A stretch of DNA of 63,722 bases, filler included, from Hyphochytrium catenoides (taxonomy: Eukaryota > Protista > Hyphochytriomycota), in assembly GCA_900088475.1 (NCBI GenBank). It is 7 parts of 7 records of this genome, joined end to end, with 100 filler letters (N's around TTAATTAATTAA, not from the genome) between each part and the next. Parts side by side here need not be neighbours in the genome. Positions count along the whole stretch, not along the records: positions 1 to 10,188 come from FLMG01003688.1; positions 10,289 to 23,143 come from FLMG01003840.1; 5 more parts are not named here. The stretch is one strand, 5' to 3'. Under the pieces are notes generated by a model. The model worked only from the letters and a program-made list of their open reading frames with translations. It searched no databases and was not told the origin of the DNA. Within the stretch, counting starts at the first letter, position 1. Every line of letters begins with the position of its first letter. The position numbers were made by a program, and so were the translations under genes. Positions 1 to 11,924 of this stretch are shown piece by piece.

Positions 1-358
1 TCTCTCTCTCTCTCTCTCTCCTCTTTCTCTTCGTCCTTTCTCTCCGTACATATCTGCCCGTTCTATCTTTTCCGTCCTATGATGACCTTTCTCAATCTAT
101 TTCTTTTCAACCACGGGTCTCTTCTGCTGCGGGGGCCTCTTGTGCTTCTCACTCTTGCTGCCTGCTGCACTTTCTCTTGACAACCATCTGCTCTCTCTCT
201 CTCGTTGCTCTTTCCTCTCCCAGCTGTCCTCTCCCTCTCTCTTTTATCCCCATTTCACTTTTTATACTATCATCCACCTTGCACATTCTTGTATATCTAG
301 TCATCTTCTCTCTCGGTCTATCTCTCTTCTCTCCTCTCTCCCCTCCGTCCCCTCTCTC

Positions 359-394
<36 letters not shown>

Positions 395-917
395 ATCTGT
401 CTCTCTCTTCTCCCTCTCTCTATCTATCTATCTATCTCCCAATTCAGTTTTATCTAGTCCGCTGACAGAACTCCCGACAAAAAAATAGGAGAAGAAGAGG
501 AAGAAACTGAAAAAGAAGAAGTGGAGAAGAAGAAGAAGACAACAAGAAGAAGAAGAGCAACAAAGCTTTGGTCTCCTCTTCAGCTCTGTCTCTTCTCCAC
601 AATCACTGTCAGAAAAGGAAGAATCAAAGTTGACTTCCTCAGCAATAAGAAGAGGAGAAGAGGAAAGAGAAGATGAAGCGCCGACGGACATTCTCATCCT
701 CGACCAGGCAACTAGAAAAGAGAAGGGCCTTGTTCTTTAGCTTTCATATACTCTCTCTCTCTCTCTCTCTCTTTCTCTACTCTTCTCTTTCTCTTTGTGC
801 TTTGCCTGTCCTTGACTAATGAACACTCTCTCTCTCCCCCTTCCAGCAAATGTCTTTCTTCTGGCTCACTTCTTCTTTCTCTTTCAAAATAACTCTCACT
901 TTCTTCTTGTTGACACC

Positions 918-954
<37 letters not shown>

Positions 955-1273
955 CTTATCTCTCTCTCTTATCTCTCTCTCTCATCTTTTCTCCAATAAC
1001 CTTTCTCTCTTCTATCTCAAAGGGCTGTCCTGACGGAAATCGTCTCTCTTCCCTCTGGTCTCTCTCTTCTTTGTACCTTATCTTATCTTTCCCTTGTAAT
1101 GACTCTCTCTCTCTCCCCCTTTCTTTCTTCCCTTTCTCTCTCCTTCCCATCTTCTTTCTCGCAGCATATTATCAATACAGCTGTCAAGCTACATGCTTTT
1201 CCTCTTTTTTTATAGGTACGGATAAGTTTCTCTTAGCTATTCTTCCCTGAAAAAGAAGAACAAGGAAAGGGAA

Positions 1274-1311
<38 letters not shown>

Positions 1312-1609
1312 CATGCCTGAAGAAAGACAAAAAAGAGAGACTGCCAGAAGACCCTGAGGAATGATCTAAGATATACCACTTTCTCCTTCGTTTCTGGGTC
1401 CACAATAAAATAAGAGATTCTCGGAAGAGAAGAGAGAAAAAAAAAAGAGAGAGAGAAGGAGATGCTTCCTCTCTCTCTCTCTCTCTCTCTTCTCCTTCGG
1501 TCTTCTGAGCTACCAGAGCCAAGTGTGCCAGAGAGAGCCTCCATAGGAGAAAGCGATGACCACGTTCGTTACAAAGAGAAGAACGCTCACGCCACCAATA
1601 ATGCTAGGG

Positions 1610-1645
<36 letters not shown>

Positions 1646-2243
1646 GGGAAAGAGAGACGGGGTAAGAACGGGATAAAAAGAACGGGAGACCCAACGAGAC
1701 GAAGAAGAGGAGAGTGTATCTAAGGCCCTGGTCAACTTAACCAAAAAGTGAGGGTGAAAAAGAGAGGAAGAGAGAAAGAAGTGGGGGGAGAGAGAGAGAC
1801 AATAAAGAGAAGGCAAGAGAGAGAGAGAGAGAGACGCGGCACCGGCCACAAGCGCGCGTAAAAGTGAATGACTGAAGTGGACAATCAGAGGGCAATAGAA
1901 CTGAAAACCTAAGGCAGGTACGGAAAGAAAGGGAGAGAGAGAGAGAGAAAGAGAGAGAGAGCAAAATGTATGCCCAAAAAGAGATCTATTTCGTCTCACC
2001 GTGCTCTCTTGCTTGGCGAGTTCCAGAATAGACAGACCGCAAAGAGCCAGACATAAGGAATCAGAAGTCCCACCGCCAGCCTGCAGAGATGGAGAAGGAG
2101 AGAGAGAAAGAGAGAGACAGAGAGAGAAGGAGAGAGAGAAAGATGATAATGATGAGCACGGCAGGACGTGTAACATATGCGAAGAGAGAGAAAAGGACAA
2201 AATCAACAGAGAAAGAAGAGAGGCTAAAGAGAAGAAACCAAAA

Positions 2244-2282
<39 letters not shown>

Positions 2283-2455
2283 AGAGAGAGCCCTATATGG
2301 TCCTTACACTATCATAGAGAGAATGTCATCGGAGTGTCTTCTCTTATTATCCAGCTCTGCCCGTCTTTCCTCCTCGTCCACTGCCTGGATGTACACAGGC
2401 ATCGGCGCACTGGACGCGTAAGGAGGCACAGCAGTTGCTGAAAAACAAAGAGAAC

Positions 2456-2496
<41 letters not shown>

Positions 2497-2604
2497 GAGA
2501 GAAACAAGAAGAGCGACAGACCCGCGTTAGAATCTCTAGAAGGATCTATTGGAAGAAAGAGTACGCTGTTCCTAGAAAAGAAGAAGAGTACTAGTTCTTT
2601 CTCA

Positions 2605-2652
<48 letters not shown>

Positions 2653-3516
2653 GATCCTTCGTAATTCATCATTCTCTCTCTTTCTCTCTCTCTTTCTCTC
2701 ACCTGCAACATGGATGTTGCCTGCTGGCTGTGCGTAGAGTCCTTCCTTGGGCTGGAGAGGAGGGAGAGAGGCAGGAAGATTGCCTCCTGTAGGNNNNNNN
2801 NNNNNNNNNNNNNNNNNNNNNNNNNNNNNNNNNNNNNNNNNNNNNNNNNNNNNNNNNNNNNNNNNNNNNNNNNNNNGCAGATGGCTGGGTTTGGGCAGGC
2901 TCCATTGCAAGAGAGAGAGAGAGAGAGCAAGAAAGAGAGAGAGAGACCGGAAAAAAAGAGATTTCGGGAAGAGAGAGAAGAGATACTCTTGACCGATAAG
3001 CTTCTCCCTTTATTTTGAGGCGATGGTGAGACTGAAGCTGAGAGAGAGAGATGATGATGATGATCGTGTTTGAAACTCTTTCCTGAAGATTTGGTCCTGT
3101 GCGGAAGAGACGGAGAAGAGAGAGAGACTGGTAGTTGAGGCAAAGGAGGGGAGAAATCTTCAGCTTCTCTCTTTCTCTTCGCTTCGATTCTTTGTCTCAG
3201 TGACCTTGTGAAGTGTCCCGCGGTTGCTTCTTTGCTCGCTCCCTCGCTCTCTCTTCTCTCTTCTCTCTCTCTTTTCTCTCTCTTTCTCCTTTCATTCTCT
3301 CTTCCCTCTTTCTCTTTCTCTCCCTCTTTCTCTTTCTCTCTCCTCTCTCTCTCCCTTCTCTATGACAAAGTTTGTCTCACATCTCACATGCTTCTGACGA
3401 CTGCGGGTGGAGCCAGAAAAGGGAGAGCGCGCGTTGTGCTCTCTTGTGCCTGATATTCTCTCTTCTCTCTCTCATTTCNNNNNNNNNNNNNNNNNNNNNN
3501 NNNNNNNNNNNNTCTT

Positions 3517-3581
<65 letters not shown>

Positions 3582-3600
3582 TCTGAGCCAGACCTTGAAG
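1..3600. repeat. (CT)n/(GA)n microsatellite-rich low-complexity region with two internal N gaps
   Basis: Dense CT/GA dinucleotide tracts; ORFs here translate to SL/ER repeats; N runs at 2794-2876 and 3479-3512. Confidence 0.95.
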
Positions 3601-6279
3601 CTTTCGAAGACCAATGTCCACCCCCTATTACTACCGCCTTTACAGATGCTTTCCTATACCCTCACACGATATTACTACGCCGATTCTACGCTCTAGTTAT
3701 TATTATACCCACTCATTCGGCTCTATAAGCAGTCGCAGTCCTAGGTTATTATTATGGGGCGGTAAGAAATGACAAATGACGGGGTCAGAAGAAAGAAGCC
3801 TGGGATTTATACAGTTCATCCTGCTCTTTCTACTAGCACCGAAATTACCAACTCTGATTCCATATTTAGTTGTTTCCTTGGCCTAAAGAATCTGTTGAAT
3901 TCCAGGTCTGTAGCTCTCTAGCCCTACCCTTGAGCAGGACCGACGCTAAAGGCTTTTACCCGAAACTAGACGACCGCTTCCCTCATACTACAAGAACAGC
4001 AACAAAGACACATGGAGGTAAATGAAGACCTTGCCCTCTGCTCAAAGGCAAAAAAAGAAGGCAAAGAAAGACTCAACAATCAAACAGGAGACAGAAGACG
4101 ACGGGAGACAGGGACGACAAAAAAGGCAATGGAAGCTTGACTGCGGAGCTGCCGAGGCTAACTCGCTAAGTAAAGCCCGCTTATTATTATCAGAGCATCT
4201 CTTCTACCACCAGGGAGTCTCTAAATGAATCTCTATTATTGCCGCGTTATTATCGGATACTCGAGAAGCGGTCTGATTGGTCAACGACTGGGTTTATCGT
4301 TAGGGGCTCTATAGCGATGATAGAGTTGCTCCACCAGCAATGGAGGAGTCAAGCCCTTCTGTTTTATAGAAAGTTCTATCTCTCGCCGCCCCAAAAAGAA
4401 GCAATTTTGCTCCTGCTGACACAGACAAACTTAGTACAAACTAGACAACGCAGATCAGGCCAAACCCATTGCATCTGCTTCACTCACATAGTTCTAGTGT
4501 TCATCAAAAAAATCACACTAAACTGAAAACCCACAACTGCCTGAAATAGAAACTGAGAGCAGCCGTCAACCGATAAACAGTCCGTCTCTATTCATTCATT
4601 ATTCATTCAGGTGCCAAATAGAGACGACTCTATCTCTCTACTAACCGGCAGCGTGCTTGGGTATGAACGCTAGTTCTACATAGCGATAGAGACACCTGGT
4701 GGAGCAACAACGTTTTCACATGAAAGTTCATATAGCGATAGAGATAGCGATAGAGACCCCCGGTGGAGATGCTCTTTATTATTATTAGCCCCAGATCCTC
4801 TCTCCGTAGTAGGAGGAAATAAGAGACCATTCAAAGAAAAATAATAACCTCGACGAGATCTTCTAAACTATTTTTTTTTTAAATAAAAAAAGATTTTTAG
4901 GAGAAACTTAAAAGGATGTCCATTTCTTTCGACACCGCCTCATGAGGAAGCCGCTCGAATGATTCTATTAAGGTTGGCTCCTTCTGCGCCCTTTCTTCTT
5001 GCTGCTTTTCACTCTTCTTCTACTGCACTCTCTTCTTCTTTGTCTTCTCCTTCGTCTCTTCTTTTTTCTCACCATGTTACCACTGCCCCTGCTGCTATAA
5101 ATTCTCCACCTGCTGTCGCTCCTCCACCAGAGGAGAATCAAGGATTTTTTCTGGGCACTCAGTTCTTCTTTTCCCTCTCTCGGAGTACTCTTCTTCTCGC
5201 CCTCCCACCGCATGATTCTTTCTTTTCCCTGCATTGAAGTCTTTTGTATCAAAGTCTCATGAACCGAAGACATTTATTGGTTACTTGGAAGACATTTGAT
5301 GTTTATCATCGTATTAGAAACTGCAAAGGTTGGAGCTTTGAGTGTCTACTAACATCAATAAAGGACATTCAAAAGCAATCTCATTGATACGATGATGGCA
5401 AATGGAGTCCTTTCACAAGTCCAAGTCCAGCCAAGTCCAAGTACTGGAAGTCACTTATTTACTTGTACTTATACTTCCTCTTCTGTTGTTTCAGTTGACT
5501 GCTATTTCCGGAAACGCCCTTTCGCCTTGACTGGGTCTCACAACGAATGGCGAGAAGGAGGTTACATTTCAAATCGTGGAGAGAAATGGCGATTACCAGA
5601 TTTTAAAGAGCCAAGAAACCTACACTTTTACCATCCGCAAGTATCCCACCCGCCCAGATTTTCAGTATTTCTAAGCCTCTAACAATGTACAACTTCTAAA
5701 GACCCACCCTCCCCTGTAAGCTCATTGAAGCTTTCCCTTGAAAGATTTCTCATGAAGAAAAGTATCCATCATCTCTCCTTTAGTTGAAACGCCCTTGGTG
5801 CACTATTCCCGCGCACACCCATTACTTTCGGTCAAGATTACTTTCCGAATCCCAGGAACATTGCCTGGATTCGGGGCCGAAATTACAGGAATCACTGGCA
5901 CAATTCAAACTCTAGGGACAGAGGGGCGGACCGTTCCTACCAACGGCTCCTAATATTAACATAGGCTTCTGAGCCTCTAACATAAACTAAGGCCAATGGC
6001 CCGCCACCAGTTTCCAACTCCTCTCAAAATCAAATTTCGGAGCTCCAGCGCAAATCTATTTTCGGAGCTCGTCGCCGTCCCCAATTTTGAAGATTCTCGG
6101 TTCAAAAAGCTTCAAAAAGAGAAAGAAACAGAGACTCTACCTGAAGCTCAGAGCTGCATTAGCTCCCGGTCCGCGATTGTTACGTGGGGCTTAGGCGCAT
6201 ATAGATCCCTGGCGGTGGACCATCTCAATAGAGATTTGCAGTAAGGAGCCTTGTCGCGGTTTCTCTCCTTCGAAGAGTC

Positions 6280-8658
6280 ATGACCAAGGAGAAGGATGCA
6301 GCTCCAGCGGAGCCCAGAGAGGCATCCACTGACGCTCCGCCGTCACCGGTCAGGAAGAAGGCCAGAATGGACCTAAAGAAGAAGGGAGAGTCCGGCGGCG
6401 GCGATGAGACCGCTAAGAAGCGCTACACAGCTCCTTTCAAGCCCTCTCATGAACTTGCGTACGGGCTTAGCATCCATACCAAAGACCCTCAGACGAACAC
6501 TGTGGAGTCTGTCGCCTGCCGCTTTTGTCAAGCCTTTGGTCGCGAAGAAAGAGACGGCCGCATAAGGAGAGCTACGTCGCGCGTGAAGTACTTCAAGAGG
6601 CCCTTTCGCGTTGACAACTATACCTCACATCTCAAGGGTCAGCATGCGGCTCATTGGGAGACCTACGCCAAGCTTTCTGACCAGGCCAAGACCAAGTACT
6701 TTGATGAAGGCAACGAAACAGCGCTGAACGCCGCCGCACGGACGACTTCTAACAGGCAAGATTCTGGCGATAGCGCCGCGCTTCGGGTGCGGGTTAAGAA
6801 GTCCATAGTAGACGAGGTTATCGGGGATATTCTCTTCGATCTTCGTGATGACTATGACGATAAAGAGGAAGGTGGCGCTGCGGTGAAAGGCGAAGAAGAC
6901 TGGGATGGCAAGACGAGGGCGCTGCGTATCTTTGGAAAGGACCGTGATAGAAAGGGAGCATCACCGAGCTATTGGGCTAACATTCACGCCTTGGAGCCCT
7001 TCAAACTCACGATACGGTTCCTGTCTGCGGGAAGCACTTCTCTTCACCAAGTGGCTCAGCTGATCAGGGACGCTAGAGAGATTACGGGGCTCAGCAGCGT
7101 CAGTGGCTCTACTAATAAGCACAAGGTGGCGATGTACGCGCGAGCTCTGGTGGCGGTGAACCTGCAGAGACTGTCTGAGCTCCTAACCAATACGTGGGCC
7201 TTCTCTCTTGCATTAATTGAGTCTTCATCTTCGGTCTCTGGTGAGCTAAAGATGGTAGACTGCCGCCTGCGGTTCTGTGTGAATGGACAGCTCTACAGCT
7301 TCCATCTTCTCTCTCTTCCCCTCTCCTCGCCTTCATTTGTCTCTTCAACGCTGATGAAAGCTCTCACTATAATTTACCCTGGCTGGGAACGCAAAGTTAT
7401 CGGGATTGTGACTAATGGTCCGAAAGAGAGCTCTCTCAAAGAGAGTGTCTCTGCTCTTCTTGCTGCTATCAAAGCAGAGAAAGGTGAGGCTCAGCATGTA
7501 TGGTACGCCTCGCAGCAGCTGGACGAGGCAATGCAGTCTGTCTTCAGTGACGTTCTTGATGGACCTTTCTTCCAGATGTTGATAGCTATCCTGGCCTTTG
7601 TCCGGCGGCAGTTCTCTCTCCCTTCCGAGATGAAGAGGAGCTGCCCTAAGGTTCCTACGACGAAGCACTGGCAGTCTCTGGCTGAGGCAGGAGTGTGGAC
7701 AGTTAGCAATAGAACGCGCATCCTGGACAGCCTGGAAGGGAAAGAGGGAGAGAAAGAAGCGTCTCTCCTCTGGTGGGTTCTCCTCTGTGGGGTCAGCAAG
7801 ATCGCTATGGAGATCAAGACAGCGATGAATAGTCTCAAGGAACTGAACAGCAACGCTGCGAAGAAGCAGCTTGAAGATCTTCATCACTTGGGCTCTTCTC
7901 TCTGCAACATCACGGGCGTTAAAGGCCCGCTTACGCCGCAGGAGAGAGCACGAATGACCAGCTCCGAAGACTCTTATGTCTCTGGAAACTATGGCGTCAA
8001 GCGCTCAGACGTCAAAGAGTTTCTCTTGGACCAAGTGGGCTTTGTCCGGGAAGCTCTAGAAAAGTTCACAGATCAGGAGCTCAAGAACGTAGAAGACACT
8101 CTTGGTCCCATCTTCGTCCGCGCTGTAGAGGCCATCTTCCGCCTGTCTGGCCCTCCGGCTCGCCCATCTTCTTCTCTTTCTCTCTCTCCTGATGATGAGC
8201 TCCCCCCTGTTGTCCCACACGTGGTTGTCCATATGAGAGGCAGAGATCTGGCAAAGCTCGTCCGGACGCATACAGAGCGCTTGCGTCTCTCCTGGTCGCG
8301 GCACCAAGTGGACCAGATTGAGCTTGAGCACGGATATTTGGTCACAGCTTTCCGTCACGAGCCAGACGTAAAGAGTTTTCTAGGAAAAGAGTCAAAAGTT
8401 GCTTATTCTTTTGCAGAAGCTTGGGGTTCTCTCTCTATGAGACTTCCCAATCTCTCCGATTTCTTGGGAGGACTGGCGACGCTTTATCCTGTGGGCGGCG
8501 CGCTGTTGGAGGAGGGAAGCGCGGTGTGGGAGAGAGAGAGAGAGAGAGGGACAAGCCCAGGAGAGAGAGAGAGACTCGCGACAGAAGGCATGTTGCATGG
8601 GAGACAGTATGACATTATCTCTGAGGCACTCTCTTCCCGGGACGTACAGGCCGTATGA
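6280..8658 (+). CDS. Intronless 792-aa hAT-like transposase-derived protein, predicted catalytically inactive
   Basis: Uninterrupted ORF. N-terminal C2H2/BED-like finger (CRFC...HLKGQH) with the YGL...FGRE...KYF.RPFR.DNY pattern of a hAT-related family. RNase H-like core order is kept, but WAFSLALIES, GIVTNGP and HVWYASQQLD stand where ALD, TDG and WCxxH are expected. Confidence 0.75.
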   Translation: MTKEKDAAPAEPREASTDAPPSPVRKKARMDLKKKGESGGGDETAKKRYTAPFKPSHELAYGLSIHTKDPQTNTVESVACRFCQAFGREERDGRIRRATSRVKYFKRPFRVDNYTSHLKGQHAAHWETYAKLSDQAKTKYFDEGNETALNAAARTTSNRQDSGDSAALRVRVKKSIVDEVIGDILFDLRDDYDDKEEGGAAVKGEEDWDGKTRALRIFGKDRDRKGASPSYWANIHALEPFKLTIRFLSAGSTSLHQVAQLIRDAREITGLSSVSGSTNKHKVAMYARALVAVNLQRLSELLTNTWAFSLALIESSSSVSGELKMVDCRLRFCVNGQLYSFHLLSLPLSSPSFVSSTLMKALTIIYPGWERKVIGIVTNGPKESSLKESVSALLAAIKAEKGEAQHVWYASQQLDEAMQSVFSDVLDGPFFQMLIAILAFVRRQFSLPSEMKRSCPKVPTTKHWQSLAEAGVWTVSNRTRILDSLEGKEGEKEASLLWWVLLCGVSKIAMEIKTAMNSLKELNSNAAKKQLEDLHHLGSSLCNITGVKGPLTPQERARMTSSEDSYVSGNYGVKRSDVKEFLLDQVGFVREALEKFTDQELKNVEDTLGPIFVRAVEAIFRLSGPPARPSSSLSLSPDDELPPVVPHVVVHMRGRDLAKLVRTHTERLRLSWSRHQVDQIELEHGYLVTAFRHEPDVKSFLGKESKVAYSFAEAWGSLSMRLPNLSDFLGGLATLYPVGGALLEEGSAVWERERERGTSPGERERLATEGMLHGRQYDIISEALSSRDVQAV

Positions 8659-8659
8659 G

Positions 8660-9079
8660 GAGAAGAAGAAGAGAGACTTCTGCTAGAAAGAGAGAGAGAG
8701 AGAGACTGCGAAAGGAAAGAGGAGAGAGAGAGAGACAGAGAATATTATGTGTGGTTGCAGTAAGAGAAAGGTTGCCTTTTTCTGCTACAAGTAGTTAGTC
8801 ATGTGTCTCAAGCTTACTCTACTATATATCTCTTCTCTCTCTCTCATTCTTTCGCCATTTCTTCCCTTTCTTCTATTCTTTCTTCTCTTCGCTCTCTTTC
8901 TCTCCAAAGCTCTCTCTCTCTCTCTCCCTTTCATCACGTTAGGCTGCTTCTTTCCTGTACTTTCATATGTGAAAAGAGAAAGAAAAGTCATAGAAAAGAG
9001 AGAGAACTCAGGAAAGGAAGGGGACTTTGAGGCGGTGGCAGACGGGACAAAGACAGCAACACTTGCGATGCGACCTCTT

Positions 9080-9144
<65 letters not shown>

Positions 9145-9593
9145 GGCAAGAAAGTCAAGCTGGCAATTATGAGTCTCTCTCTCTCTCTTCAATCATACAG
9201 AGACCGAAGCAGAGAGAGAGAGAGATGAGCGTGTGTGTGTCTGTCCTCCTCCATCCCTCAGAATAGCGCATTCTACCATACATAGACTTCTCTAGTGATT
9301 GGTACTAGTCATTTCCTTTTCTTGTCTGGTATTATCTATGAGTTAGCGCATTCAAGGATCCGAGGATTGGCGTATTTTATCCATCTTAAGAGAACAAGAG
9401 AGAGAGAGACAGAGAAGAAAGGGGAGAGAGAAGGTTGGGAGGGAAAGAGAGAAAGACGGAAGAGAAAGGGAGAGAGAGAGAGAATGAGTAAAGGCTTGAG
9501 GGCTTGAGCGGAGAGAGAGAGGAGGCGAAAGAGAGAGAAGGGAAAGAGGATGAAATGGTGCGGGAAAGGTGGAGCCAAGGAAAGATCACCAGA

Positions 9594-9634
<41 letters not shown>

Positions 9635-9893
9635 TGGAGTTTGCCCTTCTGAAGAGCTTATAATACTTCCCCTTTACTCTCAAAGTTGCGAGCACGGCAA
9701 ACAGAAGAAAGACAGTCAGCAGCCGCACGAGGATCACAGCCAAAGAAGTTGTTTCTCTCTCGGTGTCTCTCTCTTCCACGCGTCTCTCTCTCCCTGTGCC
9801 ACTCTCTCTCTTGCGCGGTCTCTCCTTCAACCGCAGAGACAACGCCTTGTTCCCGAGTCAGAGGAGAGAGAGAGCTTTCAAGACTGGACGAAA

Positions 9894-9929
<36 letters not shown>

Positions 9930-10154
9930 TCTGGAGCCCATGCTGCCAGGGATCTAGCGATGAATCGTTCTTCAAAGGAGGAAGAAGAGGCAAATCGGTA
10001 GGGCTGCCTCTTTCTGGCTATCGTTTTCTCTTAGTTCTCTCGCTTTCTATCTCTCCCTCTCTCTTTCTCTCTCTCTCTCTGTTTCTCTTTCTTTCTGACG
10101 CTTCGTGGTCACCTCTTTCCACTTTCAAATGTTAACTCTCTCCCTCCTTGTCTT

Positions 10155-10188
<34 letters not shown>
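8660..10188. repeat. (GA)n/(CT)n microsatellite-rich region
   Basis: Many pure GA/CT tracts; no recognisable protein motif. Confidence 0.9.
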
Positions 10189-10232
10189 NNNNNNNNNNNN
10201 NNNNNNNNNNNNNNNNNNNNNNNNNNNNNNNN

Positions 10233-10244
10233 TTAATTAATTAA
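10233..10244. other. Artificial contig-joining linker TTAATTAATTAA (also 23188-23199, 35035-35046, 57454-57465, 61376-61387, 62651-62662)
   Basis: Identical 12-mer with stop codons in all six frames, always flanked by N runs on both sides. Confidence 0.97.
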
Positions 10245-11924
10245 NNNNNNNNNNNNNNNNNNNNNNNNNNNNNNNNNNNNNNNNNNNNTCCCGTATTATT
10301 ATTTGTCATTGGCATGGGAATTGGTATCGCCGATCTATGAACCTATTGAAAAAGCCTATGCCCAGCCCGTAAAGGATATTCCTTCTGATAGTCTGGACAC
10401 TCTCCATGAATAACCTGACAAAACATTCTCATACTACTCTTGGTGGGTCGATGACTAATGGTAGTTAGTGTCAAGGACGGCATTTCATCACTCTTATCCT
10501 GCTTTATTATGTTGCACAGGTGGTGCTTTGTTCCTGCAGAGGATGATGATGTCCGCCTTCTCATCGAGGATGAATATGTTGGGAAAGAGGTAAGTCACAC
10601 GGACATTTTGATTTCCTTATAACGGGAAGGAGCAAAAGGATATGTATCGTGGAGGCGAAGAAGGATGAAGGCAAAGTGCAGAAACAGCTTGATAGGAAGG
10701 TGGGCAGCCGAACTGGACAACTTGTCCCTTGTCTACGGTATTGTCACGAACTACGCAGAATGGTGCTTCCTCACAAGCTAGGACGACTTGATCCTTGATC
10801 CTAGCGGACTTCGACACGCTTCAGTTGAGCTAGAAATAGTGACAAGGAAGTCTTTGAAGCGAATAGCTGGAAAGAAGATCTATGCACTTCTTTGTGATGA
10901 TTGAGTTATTGCATACTCAGAATCATATACTAAGCATACGAACACGACATACACGACATGAAGCTCCAACAGAGACAGGTCCCAACTATTAACAATGATA
11001 ACAACCTTCATGGCTTGAGCCATGAAACGTTGTCCCACTGATTATTTTCCAGCACAGCGCCCCCACCTTCACATCGACAGAGACACAGATTATTTGCCTG
11101 CGTATATAGAGACATGCACGACAAACGGACGGTGATGCATTCCTCAGACAATGGTTCGTGCCAATAAGAGTAGGGCTAGCCGCCTTGCTAGCCGCCCTAC
11201 TTATAGACTGCGGATGAAGAGAAGGCTGCTGGTGGGAGGACAACCTTCTCTTTTTCATTGTACCAGGTGGACGAAGCATCATCCGTTATTATAGATTGTA
11301 GACTGTAGATGTCTGAGAAGCTCAGATGATGATGGCTCATGGTCAGCTAAGAATGGACAACCGCCCAAAGGTGTGATTACCTACTTTCGCTAGAAGTAAA
11401 TGTTAGAGAAATTAACGATGTCCTCGATGTCATTCCCTCAAATCCGGTCCACGAATGGGTCGGTAGCCTATGATAATCAAAGAATAAATCAGCAACTGAA
11501 TCAGGTCTGTCGAGCAACATCAAGATCTGGCCCCAACCCTTAGAAATGAGCGCAGTGACCTCGCTCCAAAGAGCCAAAGACTTGACAGACAATCTCTGCT
11601 GTCCCTTCGTCGTCCAACCAGAGCTTTCAACAAGGATATCATAGTGGCCCCACCAGCAGAAAGTGTGTGACACGTTGAGATACCGAAGTAAATGTCAGGC
11701 AAACTGTCGATGTCCTCGATGTCCTCTCGAGTTAATCAGTTCGCGAATAGTTGACAAGAGTTGAACGATGTCTCCCTCAATCACCCATCATGGCCGACGA
11801 CCCCTCAGCGTCCCACATAATCTTTAATCAAGCAGCACCACCGTCGGAGGAGCAAGAGTCTATGATTGTATGTCATTGATGTCGCGATGGAGTATCAATG
11901 TTTGATAGTTCGTCAATGGGAAAG

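Noticed and set aside
140-3728. Numerous ORFs rich in SL or ER
   Set aside because: Translations of (CT)n/(GA)n tracts, which lack stop codons; the same applies to 8.7-10.1, 16.6-17.6, 60-61 and 62.6-63.7 kb
4325-4708. 13-bp inverted repeat GTTGCTCCACCAG / CTGGTGGAGCAAC as MITE ends
   Set aside because: No TSD and no extension of the match
10233-10244. Recurrent TTAATTAATTAA palindrome as a biological repeat
   Set aside because: Always centred between N runs; it is a six-frame-stop contig linker
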